A stretch of DNA of 64,000 nt from Octopus vulgaris (GCA_951406725.2 OX597823.1:59396001-59460000); one strand, 5' to 3'. Shown: positions 27,302 through 41,945, numbered from the stretch's first letter. Numbers and translations are program-made. Notes: generated by a model not told the origin, from the letters alone.

Positions 27302-27703
27302 TACTCTTTTTTACTCTCTTTCACTTGTTTTAGTCATTTGACTGCAGCCATGCTGGAGCACCGCCTTTAGTCGAGCAAATCGAACCCGGGACTGATTCTT
27401 TGTAAGCCTAGTACTTATTCTATCGGTCTCTTTTGCCGAGCCGCTAAGTTATGGGGACGTAAATACACCAGTATCGGTTGTGAAGCGATGTTGGGGACAA
27501 ATACAGACACACAAACATATACACACACATACACATATACGACGGGCTTCTTTCAGCTTCCGTCTACCAAATTCACTCACAAGGTATTGGTCGGCCCGAA
27601 GCTATAGTAGAAGACACTTGCCCAAGGTGCCACGCAGTGGGACTGAACCCAGAACCATGTGGTTGGTAAGCAAGTTACTTACCACACAGCTACTCCAACG
27701 CCT
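27302..27703 (-). mobile_element. Full-length SINE family B
   Basis: Reverse complement of 19594-20010 across its length. Confidence 0.9.
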
Positions 27704-30700
27704 ATTTACGTTTTTTTTTTCTGCACTATTTTAAGTGGGGAGAAAGACGAAACTGAAAATGTGTAATGGAATTCAACTGAAAATGCATTTGATGTTCATG
27801 TTAGTGCGAATTGGTGTGTGAAGCAGAATACCATGATAATTAATGGCATATGTATAGTGAATTGTGATGTTCGAAATACTGAGGTCTTTTGAGTTGTTTT
27901 TATCGGATCTTAAATTAGTCTTAGATTCTATGATTTTAAAAGAGACCGGAAGCTCCAAAGGGTATAGCTGATTTGTAGCAGCTTATTTTCAGAATTCAAT
28001 AAGAATTGATATCGATGTGAAGAACATTACCACAAGTGCATAAGTACCATATTCTAGATGCTCTAGATTACTCTTAGGAGAATTTGATTACTGTGCATAG
28101 TATCTTAGAGTTGGTGATACTTACATATTTTAGTCACCAAACATGCATAGGCAGTGTTCCTGTTCTTCTGAAGACTAATAGAAAACTGTGTGTAGCTACT
28201 TGTATACGTACGTCTTGTTAAGTCTAAATTAAAATGTTTACTTATCGTCTGTCCAGTTTTCTTTGGCGTAATATGCCACATCCTTTCTGGGGTACTTTCC
28301 ATTAAGTGAGCTTATGGGCACCGTTGCATTGTAGCCGATTATTTGACAGACGGCAGTTTCTTCTATTGATTCTGGAAATCACATTTTAAAGGATTCTTTT
28401 ATAATTGAAGCAGACTTTAAATTATTGTTTGTTAAAAATATTTTGGTAACTGTAACCAATTGCTAAGCACTAATGAAAATTTAAGAAAATATTTGCGACA
28501 TTGGATGCTACAACCAAACTAAATAGAAGGTTAAACTACATATTGTTGCCCAAGCTTTGGTTTTTGGTAGATTTTTCGATGCACTACGAGAACGATATGT
28601 ACTATATTGCCTCATAGAAACCATTTTTTTGTAAGGAAATAAAGAAATATCAGCAAGACACTCGGTGGAAGATCTATCTGTATGGAAAAATGCTAGAAAT
28701 ACAATGTTATTTATTAAATCCTTCTATATTACAGGAGGGTGACTGGAAGATCTACTAATATATAGAAATTTTTTATTTCGTTGCCTAAGAGGAAAATGTT
28801 TAAATGTACTTTAGTGTAATCTAATATTTTAATAAACAAACTACTGCAATTTTCATAACAATCTATTCTTAAGCTAAATTATTTAATTGCGCAATTAAAG
28901 TTTACTTGAACATAACAAGCAACTTGCCGTTCATGCAGCATGAAATTTATAAAAAGCCATCATCTCTACGAAGACCAAACTCTATGACAGGGAATTTCCT
29001 TAGATGTCAGCCTCTCATACAAGCCTCTATCTACATCAAATATCTCCTCGTCATTAAGTTTGATAAAACCACTCTCTTGAAGAAAAAAATAAATAAAACG
29101 AAGAATTTCTGACGTCCTTTGTTGTTATACTGATTTCAAAATCACTAATGGGTATGAAATTGTTGCCAAATTATAAAGCTAAATGTCAAAATGGGTAAAT
29201 TTCTACTATATTTATAGATTACTTGCTTAAGCCAATTTATTACAGCGTAGCTATTTTTTCACGAAGGCAAATTCTGATTTTTATTGTTGTTGCTTTTTTT
29301 CCTAGCATCTAAAATAAGTTTACTAACTACTTCTTGTGTGCTTGTGAAAAGATTAATAAACCAAATGTAGGCTCATTAACCTTGTGATCTGTTAAGTTTA
29401 ATTTGACACTTACATGGTGCTCTACGTTAAATAATTCAAAGTCAGAAGTTATAACAGAATATTATTAATCGCGTAGAAAAAAACAACAAAAGCCAATAAC
29501 ATTTTGAAAACCAGTATTTTACAAAATAAGTGTAATAGGTGGGGGCTTATATTAGAAACTGCATTACTTAATATATACAATGGATAAATTAAAGAAGATG
29601 AAATTTCAGTGAGAATATGAGTGCGAAAGTTAAGATTTAATAAATTCTAAGTACAAGAAATAAATGGCTACCTTCACAAAGTTGTGAAATAACATAGAAA
29701 ATAACTAGGGTGACAATATATCAAATTACTATGGAAATAAATTTACGCTTCTTAATAACTAGGAAATATGAACTAAGTAAAAATTAGAAATTAATAGATC
29801 TTTGCCGTATAATCTAAACTGAAAGAATTTGTCCAATGCCATAGCCTATATCGGGAATAAGAAGCCCAATAACTTGGGTAATAACGAGAGATACGATGGC
29901 ACGTGTGAATGACGGTGCCAGCTTGAGCATAATCCTTTGAACCAGAAGGAAAAAGAGAGCCACTTACTGTAATGTGTTTTCTTTATGCATGACACTATTG
30001 CCCAGGTCTTTTCCGTAGGCTTTTCTATCCACGGACAAACCTAATCTGTTTTCCCTTTTTGCATTGACATTTCTGTGATACACGATCCCTATTGATCGGC
30101 CCCACTTTTTTTTCACGATCCCTTTTGATCGGAACTGCCCTCTTTTCCCTTCTTCCCAAAAAGAAAAGCTCTACATATGTTTAGCCTTGCGTGGCCAATA
30201 AATAAATCTATTCGCCAAAATATAATCAAGACTCTGAAAGAGTTTTGATAACTTTTTGATTCTGTGTCCTTTGATACAGGATATAGAATCAAAAGATCCT
30301 TTGATCCTGAATCCACAGGATCTTTGACTTCTAAACATTTTCAGCCTTTAATTTCCCCAATAGCAAAAAATTTACTTATCCAACTTACTGTTTTCCGCTC
30401 CATTCTTTTTACTCGACATACAGGATTTTAGTATCACATGAATTCCAGCGCATACAGATTCCTTTTGTGGTGCTTAGGACTTCCATTAGATGTCTTTACT
30501 ATCTTAAAATTTATCATGTCTGAAACATATCCTCTCTGTCTACATTTTACGGCCTCGCTTTATTCTCAGCTTCTATTTTGAGTCTCTTATGTTATTTCTT
30601 CTGCATTTTACATTTATTGGTCCCTTATCTATCCTATAGATACTTATTTCATACCCTTAAACAAGTCACTTTATCACATTATATATGCAATTCTTTAAAC

Positions 30701-31130
30701 AGCAAAGTCTCTTTACTTAGGTCCCAGTTGTTAATTAACCGAGATGATTACCGTTTAATCTCTATTGTAAGCGCATAACCAAGTTTCTAAGGTATTGGTT
30801 CAAAATTTTACGTTATTAGCTTAAGACATTGTATTTCATTACATTTTTATCAATTCATTTACCTAGTTTTATCACATTTTATAACCATGATCTTTTATCG
30901 TTTAACACACTTACAATAGCTCACATTGTCTTTCAGAACTTCATTATCCGACCTTCTTCTTTGGTGTATATATATATGTATATATATGTATGTATATATG
31001 TATGTATGCCTATGTATATACATATATGCTTATATATTTATATATGTGCGTGTGTGTATTCATATATACATATGTGTGTATATGTGTATATATATGTGTG
31101 TGTGTGTGTGTATATATATATCTATATATA

Positions 31131-31182
<52 letters not shown>

Positions 31183-31618
31183 TATATACATACATATATT
31201 TATATACATATATATATATACACACATATATATATACATATGTGGCACTCCGTCGGTTACGACGACGAGGGTTCCAGTTGATCCGATCAATGGAACAGCC
31301 TGCTCGTGAAATTAACGTGCAAGTGGCTGAGCACTCCACAGACACGTGTACCTTTAACGTAGTTCTTGGAGGGATTCAGCGTGAGACAGAGCGTGACAAG
31401 ACCGGCTCTTTGAAATACAGGTACAACAGAAACAGGAAGACAGAGTGAGAGAAAGCTGTGGTGAAATAATACAGCAGAGTTCACCACAAACCCCTGCCGG
31501 AGGTGTTTTCGCTCACTAAACACTCACAACGCCCGGTCTGGGAATCGAAACCGCGATCCTATGACCGCAAGTCCGCTGCCCTAACCACTGGGCCATTGCA
31601 CCTCCATACATATATACA

Positions 31619-31674
<56 letters not shown>

Positions 31675-31680
31675 AATCTA

Positions 31681-31788
<108 letters not shown>

Positions 31789-31789
31789 G

Positions 31790-32385
31790 GTGAAATGAGT
31801 TCGTGAGCATGGAAAGAAGAGCAGATGTCAACTCGGGATTTGCGGTTGCTTTCGCACAATTCATGAGGCACCCATTTTCTAAGTTTAGGAACCTTTACAA
31901 GTTGTTGAAGATGATAAATAGCTGTATAGTTTGAACTAAGTTTTATTGCCAATTCTTCGACTGATTATGCAGGATTTTCTTCAAGTAACACCTCAAACTC
32001 AACTGGACGTCCTGTTCGATCTTCATTTTCGAGGCTGAAATCTCCACTTCTGAATTTTGCAAACCATCTTCTGCAAGTTCTTTCATTCAAGCATTCTTTC
32101 CCATGAACTGAGTGTATGTTTCGAGTCGCTTCGGCTACAGAGTTTCCTTTTTTGTACTCATAAAGCATTATGTGCCTAAAATGCTCTTTGGATACTTCCA
32201 TGTTAGAAACGGTTTTAATCAAAGAAATTTTAATTCTACTGTTCTGTAAGATAATATTTAATTAGTTTAAATATACACAAATGAATAAAAATAATCTTTA
32301 ATTCCATTAGACATTCTAAAATACTATTAAATTTCATTCAATTTTTAAAATGGTAAAATCGGACAGAACTTACGGGATGGCCTGA
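31790..32385 (-). mobile_element. mariner 5' half: TIR plus decayed transposase N-terminus, truncated at (TA)n
   Basis: TA|TCAGGCCATCCCGTAAGTTCTGTCCGATTTT TIR at 32355-32385. MEVSKEHFRHIMLYEYKKGNS..RRWFAKFRSGDFSLENEDRTGRP..KWVPHEL contains the mariner HTH, GRP and WVPHEL motifs. In-frame stop at about 31965 and no catalytic domain. Confidence 0.93.
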
Positions 32386-32952
32386 TAATTTCAAGCAACA
32401 CAGATTCGCTGATTTTGCAGCACATAGTTTATTACTTATTTAAAATCTATTAACTTAATTTCATTGATTTTCTTCTGGTTTATCCGTCGCTCCATATAGT
32501 TATTACCCAACTAACATTAACTTGATCATTTAGTGCTAATTACTTCCTTATAAATTCCGTTAATCACTTTAAATTATTCTAATATATTTTACAATTCCAT
32601 TTCATTTTACTTTTAACCTTTTTCCTATTAAAATTTTTGTTGTTGTTTAATCTTTCGACTCGTTTCTTTAAAATACAATACGCTGCAACTTTATTATTAT
32701 CTGCATACTCACTCTTATTTCAATTTAATTTAGAATTTCCCGATTAATTAATAAATCAGTTTCAACAGTTATTGTTTTGTCCTTGATCCAGTTCCAGATA
32801 TGGTCATGCTTTGATGGTGTCTATGCATTTCATTTTCGTTACACAACTTACAATATTCATTTATTTATGCTTATCCTTTCAATGTATTCATAACGTTCTC
32901 ACAAGTTTTTTGCATTTGATTTACGTTTATCGAGCATGTATATACTCCAAAC

Positions 32953-33697
32953 CAGTGGTTCTGAACCATTTTTTTCCCTTTTTTGTAGCTTTACTTTTAA
33001 AGTAATTGTTATACCTAGCGCCCACCTAAGTGGCGAGTAAAGTATCACGACTAAACTTAGTAGTAAAGTTCCTTCCCGAGGCATATGGACTCATAAGACC
33101 AGTTTCCCGGTTACCATGGACGAGACGCCGGTCCGTCGCAGGATTACTCATTTTTACCAGTTGAGTGGACTGGAGCAAAGTGAAATTAAGTATTTTGCTC
33201 TTGAACAAAACGCATCACCCGGTCCAGGAATCGAAACTACAATATTACGATCATGAGTCCAACACTCTAACTAAGCCACGCGCCCCCACAAACTAACTTA
33301 GCATGGGCGATAATTTATAAATCTTACTAAAAAAAATGATTATAAAAGTCTTTTAACAGTGGAATGATAAACATCAATAAAGACAAAAGTTGTAAATTTA
33401 CTTCATAAATTGCAAGCTAATGACTATACTTGATGAGATCTAGCTAAATTTTCAATATCAGTTTCAATGTTTGTCAAAAGAAGTCGTAAGTCCCCTCTTT
33501 GACTTAATGCAAATTTGTTTCGTTGCTTAATCAGAAATTGTGACCCGGCCATGAATTCTTTATATAATATAATTACTACTATAGGTAAAATTTCGTATGT
33601 TAGTTACGTTACCTCACCTTCCTCTAAAGCTTAACACCACTCCGACATGCCTAGTGAGTTTTTGTGGGGGCAGTACCAACCACGTTGAGAACCTCTG
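32953..33697. mobile_element. hAT (Charlie-like) non-autonomous element containing a SINE D insertion
   Basis: TIRs CAGTGGTTCTGAAC / GTTGAGAACCTCTG. 8-bp flanks ctccaaac / ctctaaat match at 6/8. Confidence 0.65.
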
Positions 33698-34659
33698 CTC
33701 TAAATAATATGTTATTTTCAGTAACTGCTATAATTTCTAAAATTACCGTTCCATTTTACCGTATCTAACATTTAATACCTTTCATCCAAAAACTAGAATT
33801 CATATTGGTTTCAAATTTTAGCACAAGGCCCAGCAGTTTCAGGATAGGGGCGAAAGCCGATGAGATCAATCCCAGTGTTCAATTAGTTCTTATTTTATCA
33901 ACACCGAAAGGACGAAAGGCAAAGGTTGCCTCGGTGGAATTTGAACTCAGAACGTAAAGACGGACGAAATGCCGCTAAGCATTTTGCCCGGCATCGTAAC
34001 GATTCTGCCAGATCACCACCTTAAAATTAGTATGTATTAATTAAAATTGCTTAAACAACTGCGCTTTATTTGTATTTACATTTTTTTAATTTAAATGATG
34101 TCTCCTAATTATTTACTAACATTTAAATTACTTTCTGTGCTAATTACCAACGTGTTTATTTACTCTGCATTTTAGTTTCCATCAAGATAGTAATTTGTTA
34201 CTTTTCAGCTTTATTTACATTCCTTACATTTCATTTTTAACAGTATGAGTACCAATAAATGTCTTAGAATTTACACCGTATTTGATGCATACGTAATTTT
34301 TATCATATGACAAATACGTTGTTTTCATGACGTAATTCTCAAAAAGCTACCGTTTCTGTTTTTTTGTTTCATCACGTAATTAATTGATAGCTACATATTT
34401 TATAACATCTTCAGTAAATTTACTTTCTGATAAATGATTTAAATGAAACAACGAGAATATTTTGTAATTTCTTAATCTATAATTTATAAACAGATATATA
34501 AGTAAATATAGATACGAGGAGTTTTCGTCGAGATGATTCAAAGTAATAGATATGTCTCTAAAATTCCAGTTTGAACTGCAGTGAATGGTGTGATTTTATG
34601 ATTCCCTTATCCAAAGCGACTAGAAGTGGCTTCCCCTTGAATCGGTAGGTATAACTTAA

Positions 34660-35236
34660 AGTAGCTAAGCAAAGTAAAGGCAAACAGCTTGCAAGACTTA
34701 ACAAGGATAATTAATTTTAACTATATAATAAAAGGTTGAGATAGCTTCTGACAGCTGTTTCTAGGATATCCCAGCTATTGGAACATCATGTCGAGCGAAC
34801 ATGCTATATGCTGAGTATACCGACATAGGTTAAACATATGCGACAGTGGAAGAAACTTCCTCATCAGTAACAGTTGTTGTGGTACCATCTATATACCGCC
34901 GTCTTGGATTACTATCTAACCAATCTCTCTGATCCTGGATTTACCTAAGGAATCCAATAACTAACTGGATTTAATTGGACTTTTCCTCCGTTTCTAGACA
35001 AAATGAACCACAACAACTATCATTTACGAGGAACTTTCTTCCACTGTTACATATGTTTAACCTATCCCTCTCCGATTACAGAATACTCAGCATATGGAAT
35101 ATTTGCTCGACATGATGTTCCAATAGCTGGGACATCCTAGAAACAGCTGTCAGATACTATATAAACATTTTACTATATAGCTAAATTAAATGTCCTTGTC
35201 AAGTTTTGCTAAACCGTTCGCTTTTTCTTTTCTACT
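34660..35236. mobile_element. Foldback MITE with ~225-bp inverted arms, Kolobok-like termini
   Basis: TTAA|AGTAG...CTACT|TTAA. 34660-34883 is an imperfect reverse complement of 35007-35236. Confidence 0.75.
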
Positions 35237-35938
35237 TTAACACACATACACACACACAAACACACACACACACACATATGTATAATACTGCATCAAGCAG
35301 ACTGTCAAATTCTGATATATACGGATGGTTAGGTTACAATGCACTTTCACGCATTGTTTTATCTTTCGAATGATGTTACTTTGCTGTCTAGGCGAACAGG
35401 CCGACATTCCGCTCTGAATAGAACGCCAGTCCACCGCAGTATTACCCATGTAAACTGACTGAACTAGAACAACGTGAAATAAAGAACATGACGCATATAT
35501 ATGTGTATATATATGTATATATATATATACATAGTTAATCCAATGTATATATATGTATATGTATATATATGTACATATGTATTATATGTACATGTATATA
35601 TATATACATGTATATATATATATACATGTATATATATGTATATATATGTATGTATATGTATATGTATATATATATGTATATATATATGTATATATATGTA
35701 TATATATGTATATATATATGTATATGTATATGTATATATATATGTATATATATATGTATATATATGTATATATATGTATATATATATGTATATGTATATA
35801 TATGTATATATATATGTATATGTATATATATGTATATGTATATGTATATGTATATATATGTATATATATATGTATATGTATATATATGTATATGTATATA
35901 TATGTATATGTATATGTATGTATATGTATATGTATATA

Positions 35939-36549
35939 TAATTAATTAATAAGGGTGAGAGAATTAGATACTAATTTAATAGTATACCCATTCAACACCA
36001 AGTGGCCCAGTGCCCCGAGAAACCTGGATTATTATAATATTTTATAATATATTATAATATTTTATACAAAAATAAATATAAGAGAGTGGTCACTATGTGG
36101 CTCACTCTAGCACTAGTAAATCCAAAAGGTTTCAACCACAAAAATACATGTTTCCCATGAAAGTCAGTACGATTGTTAGCTCACACGAACAGGGCAAATA
36201 AAAAATAACAAAAATACAGATTATTTTGGGACAATTGTTTCGCTATTAATGAATTAAATGTAATTTTACTTACAAAAAACTCACTTGTAGCTCCTCAGCC
36301 AAAACTATCTGGATGAAATCCACTCAATCACACGCCAGATTTTACCATAACGATAAATACACGTGTGGTTCAATTGATTACATCCGACGTTATAATTCAA
36401 ATGCCCCTACCAACAGCGCGCCAAACTTACACGGAAACAAATACTACATTTAAAAATAAATGTAGCATAATTATAATTAATTAATAAGGAGAATTAGATA
36501 CTAGTGCTAGAGTGAGCCACATAGTGACCACTCTCTTATATTTATTTTT
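35939..36549 (-). mobile_element. Non-coding Penelope-like pLTR-type unit with a direct terminal repeat and an inverted partial copy
   Basis: Direct repeat taattaattaataagg..gagaattagatacta at 35939-35973 and 36474-36503. Exact 51-bp inverted copy 36068-36118 / 36499-36549. Contains a hammerhead motif. Confidence 0.7.
36219..36309 (-). ncRNA. Type I hammerhead ribozyme
   Basis: Minus strand reads GAUAGUUUUGG (stem I) - CUGAGGA - GCUA..42 nt..UAGC (stem II) - GAAA - C AAUU G (stem III) - UC^ - CCAAAAUAAUC (stem I'). All core nucleotides are present, with a GUC cleavage triplet. Confidence 0.82.
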
Positions 36550-37065
36550 ATATATGTATATATATATATATATGTATACATATGTATATGTATATGTATA
36601 TATATATATGTATACATATGTATATGTATATATATATATATGTATACATATGTATATGTATATATATATATGTATATATGTATATGTATATATATATATG
36701 TATACATATGTATATATATATATATGTATACATATGTATATGTATATATATATATGTATACATATGTATATGTATATATATATATGTATACATATGTATA
36801 TGTATGTATATATATATATATGTATACATATGTATATATATATATATGTATGTATATGTATATATATATATGTATGTATATGTATATGTATATATATATG
36901 TATGTATATATATATGTATGTATATATATATGTATATATATATATGCATGTATATATATATATGTATGTATATATATGTATATATATATGTATATGTTGA
37001 TTAGCTAGCCTCTGCAGGCATTTTTTTTTCTCTCCTTGTTTCTCTCCGTGTTTCTTTTCTGTGTA

Positions 37066-37103
37066 TCTTTCTGTTGAAGAGCGTAGGCTCGAAACGTAAA
37101 AGA
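37066..37103 (+). ncRNA. Minimal hammerhead-like motif in a small PLE-derived repeat (about 37000-37200)
   Basis: UCUUU - CUGUUGA A - GAGC GUAG GCUC - GAAA CG UA^ - AAAGA. Stems I and II pair, but the core has U in place of the conserved A6. Confidence 0.6.
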
Positions 37104-37264
37104 CTTGTTTTATTTATATTCCTGAGCGCCATACTAATACAATTGTTTGTTTATATTCCACCTGCCTTCGTCTTTTGTTTATTTTCATAAAGCTTCCCGT
37201 TATATATATGTATATATATATGTATGTATATGTATATATATGTATAAATTATATATATGCTCTA

Positions 37265-37345
<81 letters not shown>

Positions 37346-38522
37346 ATATATGTGTGTGTGTGATGGTTATCTAACTTCTGAAATAAATGTCACACTGAAG
37401 TGCGTCTATCCATTTTTATATGTGTGAGCGTGTGCGTTGACAGACAGACAGATAGATAGATAGATAGTACTTTATGAAAGAGTATACTCAAATTCTGTTT
37501 AGCACGGTATGTTATTCATCATATTCTAATCTCATCTTTACTCTAATATATTTCTTTCTACTCTAAAATACTCCCGCTTATTTGTAGATATTTGTTAAGC
37601 TCATTTTTTTTCTCCCCATTTTTTCTATGAATTACATTCCATTAAGCTGAATTACTTTATATTTCGTTCCCAGCTGAATTCGTAGGTGTCTTAGTGCCCA
37701 CAGATAACACTCTTTGGAACCTGTATCTATGTCGTGTGCACTTTTCAGTATTATTCCAAATTAATTACATACATTTTTAGAATCTTTGAAAAAAAAAAAA
37801 TCCTTTGCCCTTTATCTCGCGTTTTTATATATTTATCCTTATTTTGTGGTTCAGCTGATTTCGGTTCTATTACCTTGTGACCAATTAACTAGTCCTTCGA
37901 CCATATGGGAAAAGTGTCTATTGACCAGCCTAAGGAAACGTTTACACGGAAACATATTATTGTTGGTGTACATTATGAGGCAGTATATTCATATTTTATT
38001 GAGCATAGTATATCGTATATTGTTCCAAAGTTTTCTTTATGAGAGATATTTATGCCACAGGTCCAAAATATTTATACGTATTAGTAAAATTTTCATTGGA
38101 TTCTTTTTCAAATTACACTAGATGAAGATAACTTAAAATACCTTCTGTTAAGTTCATGTGTAACTTATTGTTCACATCTGCGTTTGTTTGTATGTATGTC
38201 TTTATGTATACATATGTGTGTGTATATGTATCTGTGTGTGTGTATATATATACATATACATTTATATGTGTATATATGTACATAAATATATTTATATATT
38301 TATGTATATCTATATATTTATGTACATATTATATATATATATGTATATATATGTGTATGTATGTATATATGTGTGTGTGAGTGCGTGTGTGTGTATGTAT
38401 ATATATATTCATTTATTCTATTATTTTTTCAGTCATTTGACTGCGGCTATGCTGGAGCGCCGCCGTTAGTCAAGCAAATCAACTCTTATTCTTTGTAAGC
38501 CTAGTACTTACTCTATTGTTCT

Positions 38523-38560
<38 letters not shown>

Positions 38561-38578
38561 GCATTTATATGTATATGG

Positions 38579-38639
<61 letters not shown>

Positions 38640-38911
38640 CATATGTGTATATATGTGTATGCATGTGTGTATATGAGTATGCGTATATGTATGCGTACAT
38701 ACGTATATACATATGTATACGTACATCCACATGTACATACATTATATATATGTTTGTATATTGTTTACTTCATTCAAGAAAAGAATTCATTTGGATTAAA
38801 ATTATGTTAATTTTATCAAAATCATTACTAAAACTCGAAATCTGTAAATATAATAATTACCTTACTCTTTTCTAAAATAGTTCTTGAAAAATTTATTTCT
38901 TATCTCTGCAC

Positions 38912-38948
<37 letters not shown>

Positions 38949-40768
38949 AAATATATTATTTTGAAGAATTGGCTATATTTTTCTTCAAGAATTATTCTGA
39001 AAACGAACAAAGCTGCATGAGATAAAGACAATTTAATTTATTCCATAAATATATATAAAAATAATTTTATGCTACTTTTGAAACATGAAAAGTAAAAGCA
39101 ATAAAAGAATAAAAGAAGAAATTTGAAGAAAGAAAGAGAGAAATTTTTTTCTTAAATTGTAAAGAGTGAAACCATTGATAAGATAATCGTAGCCAAAAGC
39201 AAAACTGGACTTCTTAGTATTTCTGAATAAAAAAAAATATTCGTATATTTCATTTTTATCCTGTTTAGATACCGGCAAACTGAAATGGATTAAGGTTTTA
39301 CTTCAACATACTCAAAGAGATCATATGGTTACAAGATTATTTAGTTTATCTTTGATAAAAGAAATATGTAAAGATTTTTCATATTTTCTTTCTTTCTTAA
39401 CCAATAATTTCAAATTTATATCCAATTATATTAGCATACGAATGAACAGCTCATTAGTGTAACGTAAGTAATTAGGCAAAAAAGAAAATATACAACAACG
39501 ATTACAAACTTTTCCAATATTTTTATGTCATGGAATTAAGACTAGATAAGTAGTAGGTAGAATGAGAAAACAAGAAAGTGTATATATTTGCTTCTTAATA
39601 AATTCTTTTAATATATTTTTCTGAGATTTAATTTAATTTTTTTTTTTTTTTGGCCTTTAGCAGTTTTTGAAAATAAATATGCAAGTTCAAACCTTTCTAC
39701 TCACATGATATATTACTTTGTAACATCGTCGTCATTTTAACGTCCATTTTGCCACGCTATCATGGGTCAGACGAATACATTAGGGTGAATTATCTACAGC
39801 TTGATGCCCTTTCTTTCACCAACCCTCACCTCTTTCCAAGAAAGATAATATTTCTCTATGACCGGACACGGTTTTATAGAATATTAGAAATGAATGACAC
39901 TGCTTGTATGACAGTGAAATTCATTTACATCTGTCATATGCTGCCAAGATAAGGTGACATCACACGTAAACACATCATCATATACTCGCGCGCGAGCGCC
40001 CATGTTTTTAGGAACGGTGAGTCTTGAAGCAAATAATGCTGTGCATAATCCCTTCTACTAAAGACACAAGGCCTTGAAATTTTGGGAGAGGGGATTAAGT
40101 CGATTACATCAACCCCAGTGTTCCATTGTTACTTAATTTATCAGCCGCGAAAAGATGAAAGCCAAAGCCAGCCTCCTCGGAATTTGAACTCAGCCCGTAG
40201 CGACGGACAAAATGCTGCTGAACATTTCATCGAGCTTGCTAACGATTCTACCAGCTCAACGCCTTAATAATGCTATACATAATAATGTGTAAATATAGAG
40301 TTAAAAACTCTTTGAATAGAAAGATAGGGGCAGGCTTCAGTCCTTTTTTCCATTCAAAGGATTCTTGATCTGATATTTACATGCTATTCTTTATAGTTTT
40401 GTTTGCATTGAGGTTCATTATTCCATTAAAGAGTTACTTCACATTCTCGAATTTTTAAAATTCCTACGACATCAACAATATATCATCATCATCATCATCA
40501 TCATCATCATTATTATCTCTTAACATCCGTTCTTCATGGGTTGGACAGTTTGACACGAGTTGGCCAGCTGGAGATCTGCCCAGGGCTTTATTTATCTGTA
40601 TTTGGCATGGTTTCTATGGCTGGATGCCTTTTCCAATGCCAACCACTTTGCAGAGTGTACTGAATGCTTTTATGTGGCACTGGATCAAGTGCTTTTACAT
40701 GGTATCAACCCGGACACTTCTGTGTGGTACAGGCACGGGTGCTTTTATGTGGCATATCTTTCTATCTA

Positions 40769-40870
<102 letters not shown>

Positions 40871-41211
40871 GTACTATTCTGTAATAGTAAGAACTTTGTT
40901 TTCTTTATCATTTTTCGGGTTCTCTAACCTTCTACCTTTCATATCTACTTCTTTCTCACCTTTTCTCGTTTTCCTCTTATCCTATGGTTCCATTTTTAAT
41001 TCACTATGCCATATGAGCAGTGCCTGATGATTGTGCTAGGACACTAGACGTGTTAAAAAATACTGTCTGGCATGTTCTCAGCACATGGAACTGATACTAG
41101 CACGTAGAAACATATATTGCATTTACTAAATATATTATATATATATATACATATATATGTATATATACATACATATGTGTGTGTATATATATATATAGAG
41201 AGAGATGGAAG

Positions 41212-41268
<57 letters not shown>

Positions 41269-41667
41269 AGAAAAGAGTCCATAACCCATTTGTGTTCTTT
41301 CTTTGTGTAAACAGCATATGTGGAGCCTTCCTGATTTTGTATCTAGAACTGACATTGAATCATGAAGCTGCATGCAGATGTACATGGGTATATAACTTCA
41401 TGTATACATACTGCTATATATATTTGTGTATATTGATGTGTTCATGTACATGTACATATAAATGTATGAATATGTTCATACATGAACGAGTATATATAAG
41501 CTTGTTTGCATATATGGTTCATGCATGGATGAGAGGAACTCCACTCCTACTTGGTGTCCCCAATATCAATTTCAAATTTGGTACACAGCCAGCAATTTTG
41601 AAGGAAAGGGTTAAGTCAATTACATTGATCCCAGTATCCAATTAGGAATGACACTGGATGAGGAAAC

Positions 41668-41707
<40 letters not shown>

Positions 41708-41945
41708 ACAGACAGAGAAAGAAAGAGAGAAAGAAAGAGATCGAGAGATCAGAGACAGTAAATGGAATTCATGAGATACATTATTCAAATCCTCTACAAT
41801 TGCTTCGACTCATTCTGCACCTGTAACTCATAGGTAAGGTGCTGTGCTTCTCTCTACTTTTGATGACATCAGGTGGCCAAAACCTGTGAACAAGCTTTAC
41901 ACATCATCCTTCAAAGTTTCTATCCAAATAAAATTTAACTATATA

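Noticed and set aside
30000-30540. GC-richer block with repeated gatcc/ttttgatc motifs
   Set aside because: Probably an interspersed repeat, but I found no termini, TSD, second copy or coding motif to support a call.
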